Shown one piece after another: positions 39,789 through 49,260 of a DNA stretch of 64,000 nucleotides (its first letter is position 1; the number at the start of each line of letters is the position of its first letter). The position numbers and the translations under genes were made by a program. Under the pieces are notes generated by a model. The model was not told where the DNA came from, ran no database searches, and saw only the letters and a program-made list of their open reading frames with translations. Source of the stretch: an uncultured bacterium (GTDB taxonomy: Bacteria; JAGRBM01; JAHCIT01); assembly GCA_964565925.1 (NCBI GenBank), contig CAZMGV010000006.1:16176-80175 (forward strand), read 5' to 3'.

Positions 39789-40033
39789 TTTCTGCTTTCC
39801 TTTTTCCTTCCCTATTTTTTCAGGGGGTTTGGATTGGGTTTGGTTTTAAACAATGCCGATGTGGCGAGTGGTGGTAATGGGTGGGAACTTTGGAGAAGAA
39901 GGTTCGGGTCACCACACCGGCATTGAACTGTTTGTCTTACGCTCCGATTTACAGAGCTTTCGCCCTGTGGCCCCGATCAAATGGCGATGGCTCGCTTTCG
40001 GCCATACATATGGTGCCATATATGTATGGCTCC

Positions 40034-40062
40034 CTTCTACTCATATAAGTTTGCCCTGTCAA
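40034..40062 (-). promoter_or_regulatory. Sigma70-type promoter upstream of hup
   Basis: TTGACA-17 bp-TAGAAG on the minus strand. Confidence 0.6.
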
Positions 40063-40118
40063 GCAAAAATCTTGACCCCATGCGGCCCGGCGGACTTTTT
40101 ACAGATTAAAGAATCGGA

Positions 40119-40349
40119 TCAGCGGATCTCGACGGGACCCTCTTTGGGGTCGCCGAAGTAGACTTTGTCGGCGAGCGCCGCGAGTCTTTTTTCCGCCATC
40201 ATGAAGGCCCAGGTCGGCGCGCAACCTTTCAGATAAACGGTCGCCTTTTCGTACCGCTTCCAGTCGTGACGGTCGAGCGCGGCGGGAAAAGTGTCGGCCT
40301 TCACCATGCCTTCGATGAGGTCGGAAATATCGAGAATATGTTCTGACAT
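40119..40349 (-). CDS. Small DUF2480-like protein (76 aa)
   Basis: HDW..Y....V...C.PTWAFM....RL...A.KV.FG pattern recalls the C-terminal part of DUF2480; start at MSEHIL. Confidence 0.6.
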   Translation of the reverse strand: MSEHILDISDLIEGMVKADTFPAALDRHDWKRYEKATVYLKGCAPTWAFMMAEKRLAALADKVYFGDPKEGPVEIR

Positions 40350-40453
40350 GGTGAAACCCCCGAAAGACGCGGTTTTATTCCTGGTGGCGCCGGGAAAAAA
40401 CCAGCCGCTCAAATTCTATCTGATTTTCTGGCCGATTTTTCAGGCTTTGCTTT

Positions 40454-40846
40454 TCAGACCTTGAACGACGAACCGCAGCCGCAGCTTTTCTGGACGTTGG
40501 GGTTGAGGAACTGGAAACCCGCGGCGTTGAGTCCTTCGACGAAGTCGAGCGTCGTGCCGCGCAGGAACGTGCTGCTCTTCTGGTCGACATAAACCTTGAG
40601 GCCGCCGAACTCGAGCACTTCGTCGGTGTCGCGGGATTTGGTTTCGAACGTGAGTTTGTAGCTCTGGCCGGCGCAGCCGCCGTCCACTACCGCCACCCGG
40701 AGCCCTGAATCGGCCGGAAGCGACTTCTCGGTTTTCATGAGCGCACGGACCTTTTCCACCGCAGCCGACGTGAGCGCAATAGTGGTGGAAACCTGTGGAA
40801 TTACTTGGGTTTGTTCTGCTGCGACCATGCCTTTGCCGTGCGACAT
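40454..40846 (-). CDS. A-type Fe-S carrier (IscA/ErpA/HesB family)
   Basis: LT..AV, LRVAV..GGCAG.SY, LDF......GF.F.NPN....CGCGSSF. Confidence 0.95.
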   Translation of the reverse strand: MSHGKGMVAAEQTQVIPQVSTTIALTSAAVEKVRALMKTEKSLPADSGLRVAVVDGGCAGQSYKLTFETKSRDTDEVLEFGGLKVYVDQKSSTFLRGTTLDFVEGLNAAGFQFLNPNVQKSCGCGSSFKV

Positions 40847-40942
40847 ATGAGCTTCTCCAAACGGGCCGGAACGAAGGTCCGACCTTTCAAGTCCCATATT
40901 AGTCACCATGCCGGGGAAGGCAAGGTTGCCACGAGCCCAGAA

Positions 40943-42073
40943 TCAGGTCTGAAGTTCGCGCCAGAGTCTCGGAAAATTGGCAGCCCAGATAAGTCCCTGG
41001 GCGGCGCCGTGGCCGAACGGACCCGAGTACGGTTTCGATCCATCCGGCTCGAACAGCTCGACCCAGTTGCGTTCGCGGTCGAGCCACCCGGCCGTCTGTT
41101 CGAGATACTTTTTCGCCGTCTCCGGTTCGTGGGCGGCCACCCGTTCGATCCACGGCAGCACGAGCATCGTCCAGATCGTGTCGCCCTGGTAGTTGGGAAC
41201 GAACATGCGCGCGATCGGGTGCTCGACCGACGGCGTACGTTCGGCGTGGTATTTGAGCGGGAACGGCTGGTCGAGTCCTGCGTTCTGGATGGCTTTCAGC
41301 GCTTTCTTCTCGCGCAGAGGATCGTCCACGACGCCGCACCAGAAGGGCCACAGGTTCGCATCCGCCGACAGCAGACGTGACTGCGGATCGTTGATGAAAT
41401 GGTCTTTGTTCCAATAGCCGTCAATCAGGATTTCCGAAAAGTCGGTCCCGTGGAACGGGCTGCCCAGCCCCGGGATCTCCCACGACAGCTCATCGGTCCA
41501 GCCGATGAACGACAGTCCGGCGGCGCTCGCCGGCAGCGTCACCATGTCCTTGGCGGTCGGGAAATACGTGTCCGTGCGAAGCTGCCCGGTTTTGGAATCC
41601 GTCACCGCATCGGCGTAGTCGTTGAGCGCCTGCGACAGGAGGCCGTTATATTTCCCCATCAGCTCCATCTGTTCGGTGATGAGCAGCGCGTAGAGCAGAA
41701 ACGGCAGCGAGTCGGCCGCCATCTTGAAAATATCGACCGCCTTGCCGGAGGGCAGTACGGTCGTCGTCACGCGCCCGGCCTTTTCGTATGCTTCCAGCGC
41801 AAACCGGAGCGTCTTGACCGCTTCGTCGGTGAGCCCGAGATCGATCAGCCCCGGCAGCGCCAGCGAGAAATCCCGGATCCAGAACTGGTGAAAATGGTCG
41901 CCGCCGCCCTGGAAATATCTTCCGTTCCAGCAGGCTTTGGCGACCTGCTCACAGATCTCCACCGCGCTGCCTTCGTAGAGAACCGGTTTGGCCTTGCCGA
42001 AACCGCGGCTCACCACACCAAGACCGATCTTGATGCCGTCACCCAGGATTGGCAGTGCGTCTCGGGGATTCAT
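40943..42073 (-). CDS. Hypothetical six-hairpin glycosidase-like protein
   Basis: FWIRD motif near the N-terminus, helical pattern, NWVELF near the C-terminus; family not resolved. Confidence 0.6.
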   Translation of the reverse strand: MNPRDALPILGDGIKIGLGVVSRGFGKAKPVLYEGSAVEICEQVAKACWNGRYFQGGGDHFHQFWIRDFSLALPGLIDLGLTDEAVKTLRFALEAYEKAGRVTTTVLPSGKAVDIFKMAADSLPFLLYALLITEQMELMGKYNGLLSQALNDYADAVTDSKTGQLRTDTYFPTAKDMVTLPASAAGLSFIGWTDELSWEIPGLGSPFHGTDFSEILIDGYWNKDHFINDPQSRLLSADANLWPFWCGVVDDPLREKKALKAIQNAGLDQPFPLKYHAERTPSVEHPIARMFVPNYQGDTIWTMLVLPWIERVAAHEPETAKKYLEQTAGWLDRERNWVELFEPDGSKPYSGPFGHGAAQGLIWAANFPRLWRELQT

Positions 42074-42185
42074 AATGTGGATACACTGTATCTATCAGAA
42101 ACAGTTCTTCCTGTCATGACGCGCCGAGCGAATCCCGTTCAGATGGTTTTTCCTTCAGCCCGGGAGTGGGCCACAATTTCCCCTG

Positions 42186-42998
42186 ATGACCGCCTCTTTT
42201 GAAGAAGCCTGCGATCAGGTCGCCCGCTGGGTAACGGAAAGCCGCTCGGCCGTCGCCTTCAGCGGCGCCGGAATCTCCACCGAAAGCGGCATTCCGGATT
42301 TTCGTTCTCCGGGCGGCGTGTGGACCAAGTACAACCCGGATGACTACACGTTCCAGAACTTCATCCGCAGCCACGAGAAGCGGAACCTGTACTGGCAGCG
42401 CTCGAACGAGATGTTCGACGAATTCCACAAGGCGAAACCCAACGCGGGCCACGACGTGATCGCCAGATGGGAATCGGCCGGACTTGTCCGGGCCGTCATC
42501 ACCCAGAACATCGATGAACTGCACCAACGGGCGGGCTCGAAAAAGGTCATCGAGATTCATGGAACCGCCATGCGGGCGACCTGCCTGGAATGCGGAAAAC
42601 TGTGGCCCATGGCGACGGTGATCGACTGGGTGCGGTCCGGCCGCTCCAACGTCCGTGATTCGGTCCCTTACTGCGACGAGGCGATGACTCACGGCGAGAA
42701 GTGCGGCGGCCCGATCAAGAGCGCCACGATCAGCTTCGGACAGTCGATGCCCGAGCGCGAACTGATGGAGAGTTTCGAACTGGCGAGATCGAGCGACCTG
42801 TTTATCGTGCTGGGCAGCTCGCTCGTGGTGCAACCCGCCGCCATGCTTCCGGTCGAAGCCAAACGCGCCGGTGCCAGGCTGGTCATCATCACCGCAAGCG
42901 AAACGCCGCTCGACGAAATCGCCGACGCGCGCTTCTTCACGCCGATCGGGAAAACGCTCTCCGCCATCGCCGAACGGGTGGCGGAAAAGCGGAACTGA
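42186..42998 (+). CDS. cobB: NAD-dependent protein deacylase (sirtuin)
   Basis: GAGISTESGIPDFRS, ITQNIDELH, EIHG, two CxxC-type zinc pairs, GSSLVVQPA. Confidence 0.95.
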   Translation: MTASFEEACDQVARWVTESRSAVAFSGAGISTESGIPDFRSPGGVWTKYNPDDYTFQNFIRSHEKRNLYWQRSNEMFDEFHKAKPNAGHDVIARWESAGLVRAVITQNIDELHQRAGSKKVIEIHGTAMRATCLECGKLWPMATVIDWVRSGRSNVRDSVPYCDEAMTHGEKCGGPIKSATISFGQSMPERELMESFELARSSDLFIVLGSSLVVQPAAMLPVEAKRAGARLVIITASETPLDEIADARFFTPIGKTLSAIAERVAEKRN

Positions 42999-43013
42999 TT
43001 TTCCGTCTGCCTT

Positions 43014-43427
43014 CTATCTTGCCAGCCGCCGGTGTTCGATCTTGATGCATTTGTCCTCGACATAAGGAATTCCGGCTTTTTCGGCAGTGGCTTTCCCTTC
43101 GGGGCTCACAATTCCGAGCTGTACGAAGACCAGTTTCGGTTTCCAGGGGAGCGCCACGACCTCCCGGGCGACCCCGGCGATGAACTCCGGCCGGCGGAAA
43201 ACATCGATAATATCCACAGGGCCGGGCAGGTCCTTGAGCGCCAGATACGCCTTTTCTCCCAGCACCTCGGACGCAGTGGGATGCACCGGGAATATCCGGT
43301 ATCCGGCCCTCTGGAGATAGGCCGAAACCTCATGGCTGGTGGCCGACGGATCGGGCGAAAGACCCACGACGGCTATGGTCTTTGAACCTTTAAGGATTTC
43401 AGCCAGTTGGGAGTCGGTGACGGCCAT
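43014..43427 (-). CDS. CoA-binding protein (YccU-like)
   Basis: [40 protein letters not shown]. Confidence 0.93.
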   Translation of the reverse strand: MAVTDSQLAEILKGSKTIAVVGLSPDPSATSHEVSAYLQRAGYRIFPVHPTASEVLGEKAYLALKDLPGPVDIIDVFRRPEFIAGVAREVVALPWKPKLVFVQLGIVSPEGKATAEKAGIPYVEDKCIKIEHRRLAR

Positions 43428-43484
43428 ACGCCAAGGGTACCTTTCGGCCGGTTCCAAAGGGGGTCAGGCAGGAACCCGGCGCAC

Positions 43485-43513
43485 TTGATTTTGGCCTAAC
43501 TTCTCCATATAAG
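43485..43513 (+). promoter_or_regulatory. Sigma70-type promoter of the rpmE-prfA cluster
   Basis: TTGATT-17 bp-TATAAG. Confidence 0.6.
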
Positions 43514-43555
43514 CGACGGCCTTGGGTAGTGGAACCCGGAAGGTTTTGGATACAC

Positions 43556-43762
43556 ATGAAAGCAATGATTCACCCGAACTATCGTCCTGCAAAGGTCACC
43601 TGCGCCAGCTGCCATACCTCGTATGACACGCGCTCGACCCGGGGAAACTTCTCCGTGGACGTGTGCGCTGCGTGCCATCCGTTCTACACGGGCAAGCAGA
43701 AGCTGATCGATGCCGAAGGACGGGTCGAGCGGTTCAAGAAGAAGTACGCCAAGAAAGCCTAG
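43556..43762 (+). CDS. rpmE: 50S ribosomal protein L31 (zinc-binding type)
   Basis: [34 protein letters not shown]. Confidence 0.97.
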   Translation: MKAMIHPNYRPAKVTCASCHTSYDTRSTRGNFSVDVCAACHPFYTGKQKLIDAEGRVERFKKKYAKKA

Positions 43763-43777
43763 ACCTCTTCTTACCGG

Positions 43778-43822
43778 AACCGCCCGCCGGCTCGATCAGA
43801 GAGCGCGGGCGGTTTCGTTTTT
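43778..43822 (+). terminator. Intrinsic terminator between rpmE and prfA
   Basis: AACCGCCCGC...GCGGGCGGTT followed by TCGTTTTT. Confidence 0.6.
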
Positions 43823-43848
43823 GGGGCTTGCAGATCACCGGGACATGA

Positions 43849-44943
43849 ATGGACATCCTCGGCAAACTCGAGAAAGTGGCCAAGCGGCACACGGAACTGG
43901 AGAAACTCCTTTCCGATCCCGCAGTCACGTCCGATAACGACCGGTTCATCAAGCTCTCGCGCGAGTTCTCGGAGCTGACCCCCATTGTCGAGGCGTTCGC
44001 CGCTTACCGGAAAATCGAGACCGAACTGAAGGGAAACCGCGAACTGGCTTCGGGCGGAGACCCCGAACTGCGCGAGATGGCGCAGGGCGAAATCGCGGGC
44101 ATCGAAAAGCAGCTTGCCGAAGCCGCCGATCTGCTGAAGGTCCTGCTGCTGCCCAAAGATCCCAATGACGGCAAGAACGCGATCCTCGAACTGCGCGCCG
44201 GGACGGGCGGCGACGAGGCCGGACTGTTCGTGGCCGACCTGTTCCGCATGTATTCGCGCTACGCCGAAGACCGCAAGTGGAAGGTCGAGATCCTGTCCTC
44301 CTCGGACAACTCCGCCGGCGGCTACAAGGAGCTGATCGCCCAGATCTCCGGCAAGGACGTCTTCTCGCGGCTCAAGTTCGAATCGGGCGTTCACCGCGTG
44401 CAGCGCGTCCCGGCGACCGAAACCCAGGGGCGCATCCATACTTCCACAGCGACCGTGGCGGTGATGCCCGAGGCCGAAGACGTCGATATCCAGATCCGGG
44501 ACGAGGAACTCAGGATCGACGTGTTCCGCGCGGGCGGCCACGGCGGCCAGAGCGTGAACACGACCGACTCGGCGGTGCGGGTGACCCACCTGCCCTCCAA
44601 TACGGTCGTGATCTGCCAGGACGAAAAGAGCCAGATCAAGAACAAGGCGAAGGCGCTGAAGATTCTCAAGTCGAGGCTTCTCGCCCGGGCCGAGCAGGAA
44701 CAGCACGACAAGATCTCCGCCGAACGGCGGAGCCTGATCGGGCAGGGTATGCGGAGCGAAAAAATCCGCACCTACAACTTCCCGCAGGAGCGATGCACGG
44801 ACCACCGGATCGGCCTGACGCTCTACCAGCTGACGTCCATCATTAACGGGGATCTGGACCCGCTGATCGATCCGCTCACCAGCAACTACCAGGCGGAGCT
44901 GCTGTCGAGAGATTTGGAAAGCGAGACCGAAGCCCGCGCCTGA
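43849..44943 (+). CDS. prfA: Peptide chain release factor 1
   Basis: ELRAGTGGDEA, ESGVHRVQRVPAT, GGQ, SEKIRTYNFPQ. Confidence 0.98.
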   Translation: MDILGKLEKVAKRHTELEKLLSDPAVTSDNDRFIKLSREFSELTPIVEAFAAYRKIETELKGNRELASGGDPELREMAQGEIAGIEKQLAEAADLLKVLLLPKDPNDGKNAILELRAGTGGDEAGLFVADLFRMYSRYAEDRKWKVEILSSSDNSAGGYKELIAQISGKDVFSRLKFESGVHRVQRVPATETQGRIHTSTATVAVMPEAEDVDIQIRDEELRIDVFRAGGHGGQSVNTTDSAVRVTHLPSNTVVICQDEKSQIKNKAKALKILKSRLLARAEQEQHDKISAERRSLIGQGMRSEKIRTYNFPQERCTDHRIGLTLYQLTSIINGDLDPLIDPLTSNYQAELLSRDLESETEARA

Positions 44944-44968
44944 GAAAAGGTTTACCGGAAGAAAGGCC

Positions 44969-45871
44969 ATGCTGAAGGCGGTGAAAGACATGCCGGCGTC
45001 CGACACGGTGAAAAGCCTCATCGAAGAGGCCACGCGGCGTTTTTCGGCCGTAGGGATCCCGTCGCCACGCCTGGACGCCGAACTGCTGCTCTCCCGCGAG
45101 ACCGGCCTGGACCGTGCGGGGCTGATCCGCGAATCGGGCCGGGTCGTACCGGCCGAGGCCGCCGGCAAATTCCGCCTGAACGCCGGCCGCCGGGAAGCCT
45201 GGGAACCGATGGCCTATATCCTCGGCGAGAAGGAGTTCTTCGGCCGCACCTTCACGGTTACTCCGGATGTGCTCATCCCCCGGCCCGACACCGAGACTGC
45301 CATTGAAGCGCTGCTCGCCGTCATCCCCCGCCGGGCGACTGTGCTGGACATCGGCACGGGCAGCGGAGCCATCGCGATTACCATCGCCGCCGAACGGCCT
45401 GATGCCCGGGTGACGGCGACCGATATATCGCCCGCCGCCATTTGGGTCGCCGAGGCGAATGCCCGGGCGCTCGGTCTCAAACCGCGGATGTCGTTCCTTC
45501 TGTGCGACCTGTTCCCTAAGGGGGAGTTCCGGTTCGATGCACTGGTTTCTAACCCCCCCTATGTGGGCGATAACGACGAACTGCCCCCGAATGTGGCCCG
45601 GTACGAGCCTGCAACGGCCCTGTTTGCCGGTCCGGACGGCCTGAACCTCATCCGCAGAATTCTGGCTCAGGCGAAAAACCGCCTCATGCCCGGTGCGCCG
45701 GTTGTCATCGAAATTGGCGATACGCAGGGCGAAGCGGTAAAACAGCTCGCTTACGAGGGTGATTACCGGAAAGTTGAAATTCTCAGGGATCTGGCCGGAC
45801 GGGACCGGGTGCTCAGGTGCCGGGTTCCCGCTGATGAAACACCGGAGAAAGGCATGACGGAACGTGGATAA
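44969..45871 (+). CDS. prmC: Release-factor glutamine methyltransferase
   Basis: EPMAYILG.KEFFG, VLIPRPDTE, LDIGTGSGAI, SNPPY, EIG..Q. Confidence 0.96.
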   Translation: MLKAVKDMPASDTVKSLIEEATRRFSAVGIPSPRLDAELLLSRETGLDRAGLIRESGRVVPAEAAGKFRLNAGRREAWEPMAYILGEKEFFGRTFTVTPDVLIPRPDTETAIEALLAVIPRRATVLDIGTGSGAIAITIAAERPDARVTATDISPAAIWVAEANARALGLKPRMSFLLCDLFPKGEFRFDALVSNPPYVGDNDELPPNVARYEPATALFAGPDGLNLIRRILAQAKNRLMPGAPVVIEIGDTQGEAVKQLAYEGDYRKVEILRDLAGRDRVLRCRVPADETPEKGMTERG

Positions 45872-47156
45872 GCTCCTGATCAGAGGCGGCGCGAGACTGA
45901 AGGGCACGGTACGTGTGTCCGGCGCCAAGAACAGCGCGCTTCCGCTCATGGCCTGCGCCCTGCTCGGCGAAGGATCGTCCACGCTCAAAAACGTCCCCGC
46001 GCTCGCCGATGTGAAAACCATGGCGAAACTGCTCCAGAACATGGGCTGCGGGATCACGCCGGGCGACGGTTCCGTCACCATCGACGCATCCAAAGTACCT
46101 AACTGCGAAGCGCCGTACGATCTCGTCAAGACCATGCGTGCCTCGGTCGTCGTGCTGGGTCCGCTTGTGGGCCGGTTCGGCAAGGCGAGGATTTCACTCC
46201 CGGGCGGCTGCGCCATCGGCGCCCGGCCGATCGATCAGCACCTGAAAGTCCTCGAAGCGCTCGGAGCAATGATCCGGGTCGAGCACGGTTACGTGATCGC
46301 CGAAGCCGGACGGCTGCAGGGCGCCAGGTTCACCTTCGATATCCAGACCGTGACCGGCACCGAAAACGCCCTCATGGCTGCCGCGTGTGCCAAAGGCACC
46401 ACCGAGCTGATGAACTGCGCCCGCGAGCCGGAAGTGGTCGAGCTCGCCGAAGTGCTGGTCAGTATGGGCGCGAAGATCGACGGCGCCGGCACGGAGCGGA
46501 TCACGGTTGAGGGCGTCTCCTCGCTCAAGCCGTTCAACTGTTCCGTCATGCCGGACCGGATCGAAACCGGTACGCTGATCGCCGCCGCCGCGATCACGGG
46601 CGGCGATGTAACCCTCGAAGACGCCGTGCCGGAACACTCGGGCGCGCTGATCGCCAAATTGTCCGAATGTGGCGTCAGCATCGAAACCGACGTTCGGAAA
46701 ATCCGTGTACGGGTACCGGGCGGCATCGGTTCGATCCGCTCTGGCGACATCGACACGCAACCGTTCCCCGGCTTCGCCACCGACATGCAGGCCCAGTACA
46801 TGGCGCTCATGGCGGTCGCACAGGGAACCTCCATTATCTCGGAGAACGTCTTCGAGAACCGGTTCATGCATGTGCAGGAGCTGGTGCGCATGGGTGCCGA
46901 CATCAAGATCAAGGGAAACGTCTCGATTGTGAAAGGTGTCGAGAAGCTCACGAGCGCGCCCGTCATGGCGACCGACCTGCGGGCGTCCGCCGGTCTCGTC
47001 GTCGCCGCGCTGGTGGCCGACGGAGAAACGGTCGTGGACCGGATCTACCATCTGGACCGTGGTTACGAATCGCTGGAAAAGAAACTGGCCTCGCTCGGCG
47101 CGATGATCGAAAGATTCGCCGGAAAGTGGCCCGAACAGGTATTGGGAAAGTCATGA
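45864..47156 (+). CDS. murA: UDP-N-acetylglucosamine 1-carboxyvinyltransferase
   Basis: SGAKNSALP, MRAS, LPGGCAIGARPID, PDRIETGT, PGFATDMQ, ATDLRAS, LDRGY. Confidence 0.98.
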   Translation: MDKLLIRGGARLKGTVRVSGAKNSALPLMACALLGEGSSTLKNVPALADVKTMAKLLQNMGCGITPGDGSVTIDASKVPNCEAPYDLVKTMRASVVVLGPLVGRFGKARISLPGGCAIGARPIDQHLKVLEALGAMIRVEHGYVIAEAGRLQGARFTFDIQTVTGTENALMAAACAKGTTELMNCAREPEVVELAEVLVSMGAKIDGAGTERITVEGVSSLKPFNCSVMPDRIETGTLIAAAAITGGDVTLEDAVPEHSGALIAKLSECGVSIETDVRKIRVRVPGGIGSIRSGDIDTQPFPGFATDMQAQYMALMAVAQGTSIISENVFENRFMHVQELVRMGADIKIKGNVSIVKGVEKLTSAPVMATDLRASAGLVVAALVADGETVVDRIYHLDRGYESLEKKLASLGAMIERFAGKWPEQVLGKS

Positions 47157-47788
47157 TCACGTTAGCCGTCGCCAAAGGCCGCGTCTTCGACGAGAGCCTG
47201 GAACTCCTCGCCCCGCTCGGCGTCTCCGCCGATCAGGTGAAACGGGACAGCCGCTCGCTCATCCACGCCTTCCCGAAAGCGGGCCTGAGCCTTCTCGTCG
47301 TGCGTTCGCAGGACGTCCCGACCTATGTGGAATCGGGCGCCGCCGAGCTGGGTATTGTCGGCAAGGACGTGCTGCTCGAGCACGGCTCCAAACTGTTCGA
47401 GCTGTTCGACCTCGGCATCGGCAAGTGCCGGCTGTCGCTTGCCAAGAAAAAGTCCGATGTGCCGTTTCTGGAGATGAACCCCGATGAGCCGATCCGGGTT
47501 GCGACGAAATACGTGAATCTCACGACGGACTACCTGAACCGCATGGGCCGCCGTGCCGAAATCGTCACCCTGTACGGCTCGGTGGAACTGGCTCCGCTCG
47601 TGGGACTTGCCGACCGGATCTGCGACCTGGTTTCGACCGGGAGCACGCTGAAGGCCAACGGCCTGGTTGAAGATCTGGTCATTCTCGAGTCCACCTGCCG
47701 GCTCATCGCCAGCCCGGCGGCGCTGAAACTCAACCCCAAGGGGATCCGTCCGCTCGCCGAACGGATCGGAGGGCTCGCCGCCGCATGA
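47153..47788 (+). CDS. hisG: ATP phosphoribosyltransferase, short form
   Basis: AVAKGR, DVPTYVE.G, RVATKY, GSVELAP; 211 aa with no C-terminal regulatory domain; start at 47153. Confidence 0.96.
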   Translation: MITLAVAKGRVFDESLELLAPLGVSADQVKRDSRSLIHAFPKAGLSLLVVRSQDVPTYVESGAAELGIVGKDVLLEHGSKLFELFDLGIGKCRLSLAKKKSDVPFLEMNPDEPIRVATKYVNLTTDYLNRMGRRAEIVTLYGSVELAPLVGLADRICDLVSTGSTLKANGLVEDLVILESTCRLIASPAALKLNPKGIRPLAERIGGLAAA

Positions 47789-49260
47789 TCGGGATCTTCG
47801 ACAGCGGCACGGAATCCTGCCGGGAACGGCTGGAACGACTTCGTCCGAAGTCCGGCGGACCTTCGCCCGAATTTGCCGGTTCCGTCCAGAAGATCATCGC
47901 TGATGTCGAGCAGCGGGGCGACGAAGCCCTGCTGGAATACGCCCAGAAGTTCGACCGCGTCGCCAAGGGCGAACCGGTTGAAGTCACGAAGGCCGAGATG
48001 CAGGCGGCGGTCTCGAAGACCGACCCGGCCGTCGTGAAGGCGCTCAGACTCGCCCGCGAACGGATCGAGACCTATCACCTGAAACAGGTGAGCCGCGGTT
48101 ATGTCGTAAAGGACAAATACGGCAGCCGTCTCGAACTGCGCGTGGAGCCGGTCGCCCGGGCCGGCGTCTATGTCCCGGGCGGCAAGGCGGCCTATCCGTC
48201 GACCGTTCTGATGAACGTCGTCCCGGCCCGCGTCGCCGGTGTGAAAGAAATTATCGCCACCTCGCCCGGAGCCTCGCTCGCGGCAAACCCGGTCGTGCTG
48301 GCCGCCTGCGCCATCGCCGGAGTCGATCGTCTGTTCCGGTTCGGCGGGGCGCAAGCGATTGCCGCGCTTGCCTTCGGAACCGCGACTGTACCGAAGTGTC
48401 CGGTCATCGTGGGGCCGGGCAACGCGTTTGTGGCCGAAGCCAAGCGCCAGCTCTACGGACGCGTGGGGATCGATTCGATCGCCGGACCGTCCGAAGTGGT
48501 CGTCATCGCCGACGGCACCGCGAACCCGGTCGAGATCGCCGCCGACCTGCTTTCCCAGGCGGAGCACGACGAACTGGCCGCCGGTGTCCTGATTACCGAC
48601 TCCCGGAAACTCGCCCAGCTGGTCCAGAAAGAGATCATCCGCGCGGTCGATGTGTCGGAGCGGCGGGCAATTCTGGAAAAATCGGTCCCGGAACGTGGCC
48701 TCATTATCGTCGTCGATTCGCTGGCCGAAGCGGTCGAGATCACGAACGAGCTGGCGCCCGAGCACGTCGAGGTCATGGTCCACAGACCCGAAGGGCTTGC
48801 CCGTCACATCCGGAACGCGGGGGCGATCTTCCTCGGCCGCACGACACCCGAGGCGATGGGAGATTACCTCGCCGGTTCCAATCACGTACTGCCGACCGGC
48901 GGCGCGGCGAGTTTTTCCGGACCGCTCGGTGTGGCGACTTTCATGAAAAAGACGAGCGTCGTCTTCACGCCTGAAAGGGCGATGCAGGCGCTCGGTCCGT
49001 CGATTGTAACCCTGGCGAAATCGGAAGGACTGTTCGAGCACGCCCGGTCGGTGGAAGTCCGGCTGAACCCGCCGAAGCCTCCCAAACCCCCGGAAGCAAC
49101 AGAACCGGCGGCCACGACACGGACCGGCAACGTGTTCAAAATGCGCACCCGGCTTCGCAAGGCCGGGGGCAGCAAAAAGGGCGCGTTGGCGCCCGTGGTG
49201 AAGCTGCGTCCCGGGTCCGGCCGCAAGCCGGGCGGCCCCAAGGGGGGAAAGAAGAAATGA
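47785..49260 (+). CDS. hisD: Histidinol dehydrogenase with basic C-terminal extension
   Basis: YVPGGKA.YPST, GGAQAIAA, GPGN, AGPSE, SQAEH, PEH, GDY.AG.NHVLPT. Confidence 0.98.
   Translation: MIGIFDSGTESCRERLERLRPKSGGPSPEFAGSVQKIIADVEQRGDEALLEYAQKFDRVAKGEPVEVTKAEMQAAVSKTDPAVVKALRLARERIETYHLKQVSRGYVVKDKYGSRLELRVEPVARAGVYVPGGKAAYPSTVLMNVVPARVAGVKEIIATSPGASLAANPVVLAACAIAGVDRLFRFGGAQAIAALAFGTATVPKCPVIVGPGNAFVAEAKRQLYGRVGIDSIAGPSEVVVIADGTANPVEIAADLLSQAEHDELAAGVLITDSRKLAQLVQKEIIRAVDVSERRAILEKSVPERGLIIVVDSLAEAVEITNELAPEHVEVMVHRPEGLARHIRNAGAIFLGRTTPEAMGDYLAGSNHVLPTGGAASFSGPLGVATFMKKTSVVFTPERAMQALGPSIVTLAKSEGLFEHARSVEVRLNPPKPPKPPEATEPAATTRTGNVFKMRTRLRKAGGSKKGALAPVVKLRPGSGRKPGGPKGGKKK

Noticed and set aside
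42186-42998. Sir2-based anti-phage system
   Set aside because: Canonical zinc-binding CobB-type deacylase of normal length with housekeeping neighbours; no TIR, Argonaute or HerA partner.
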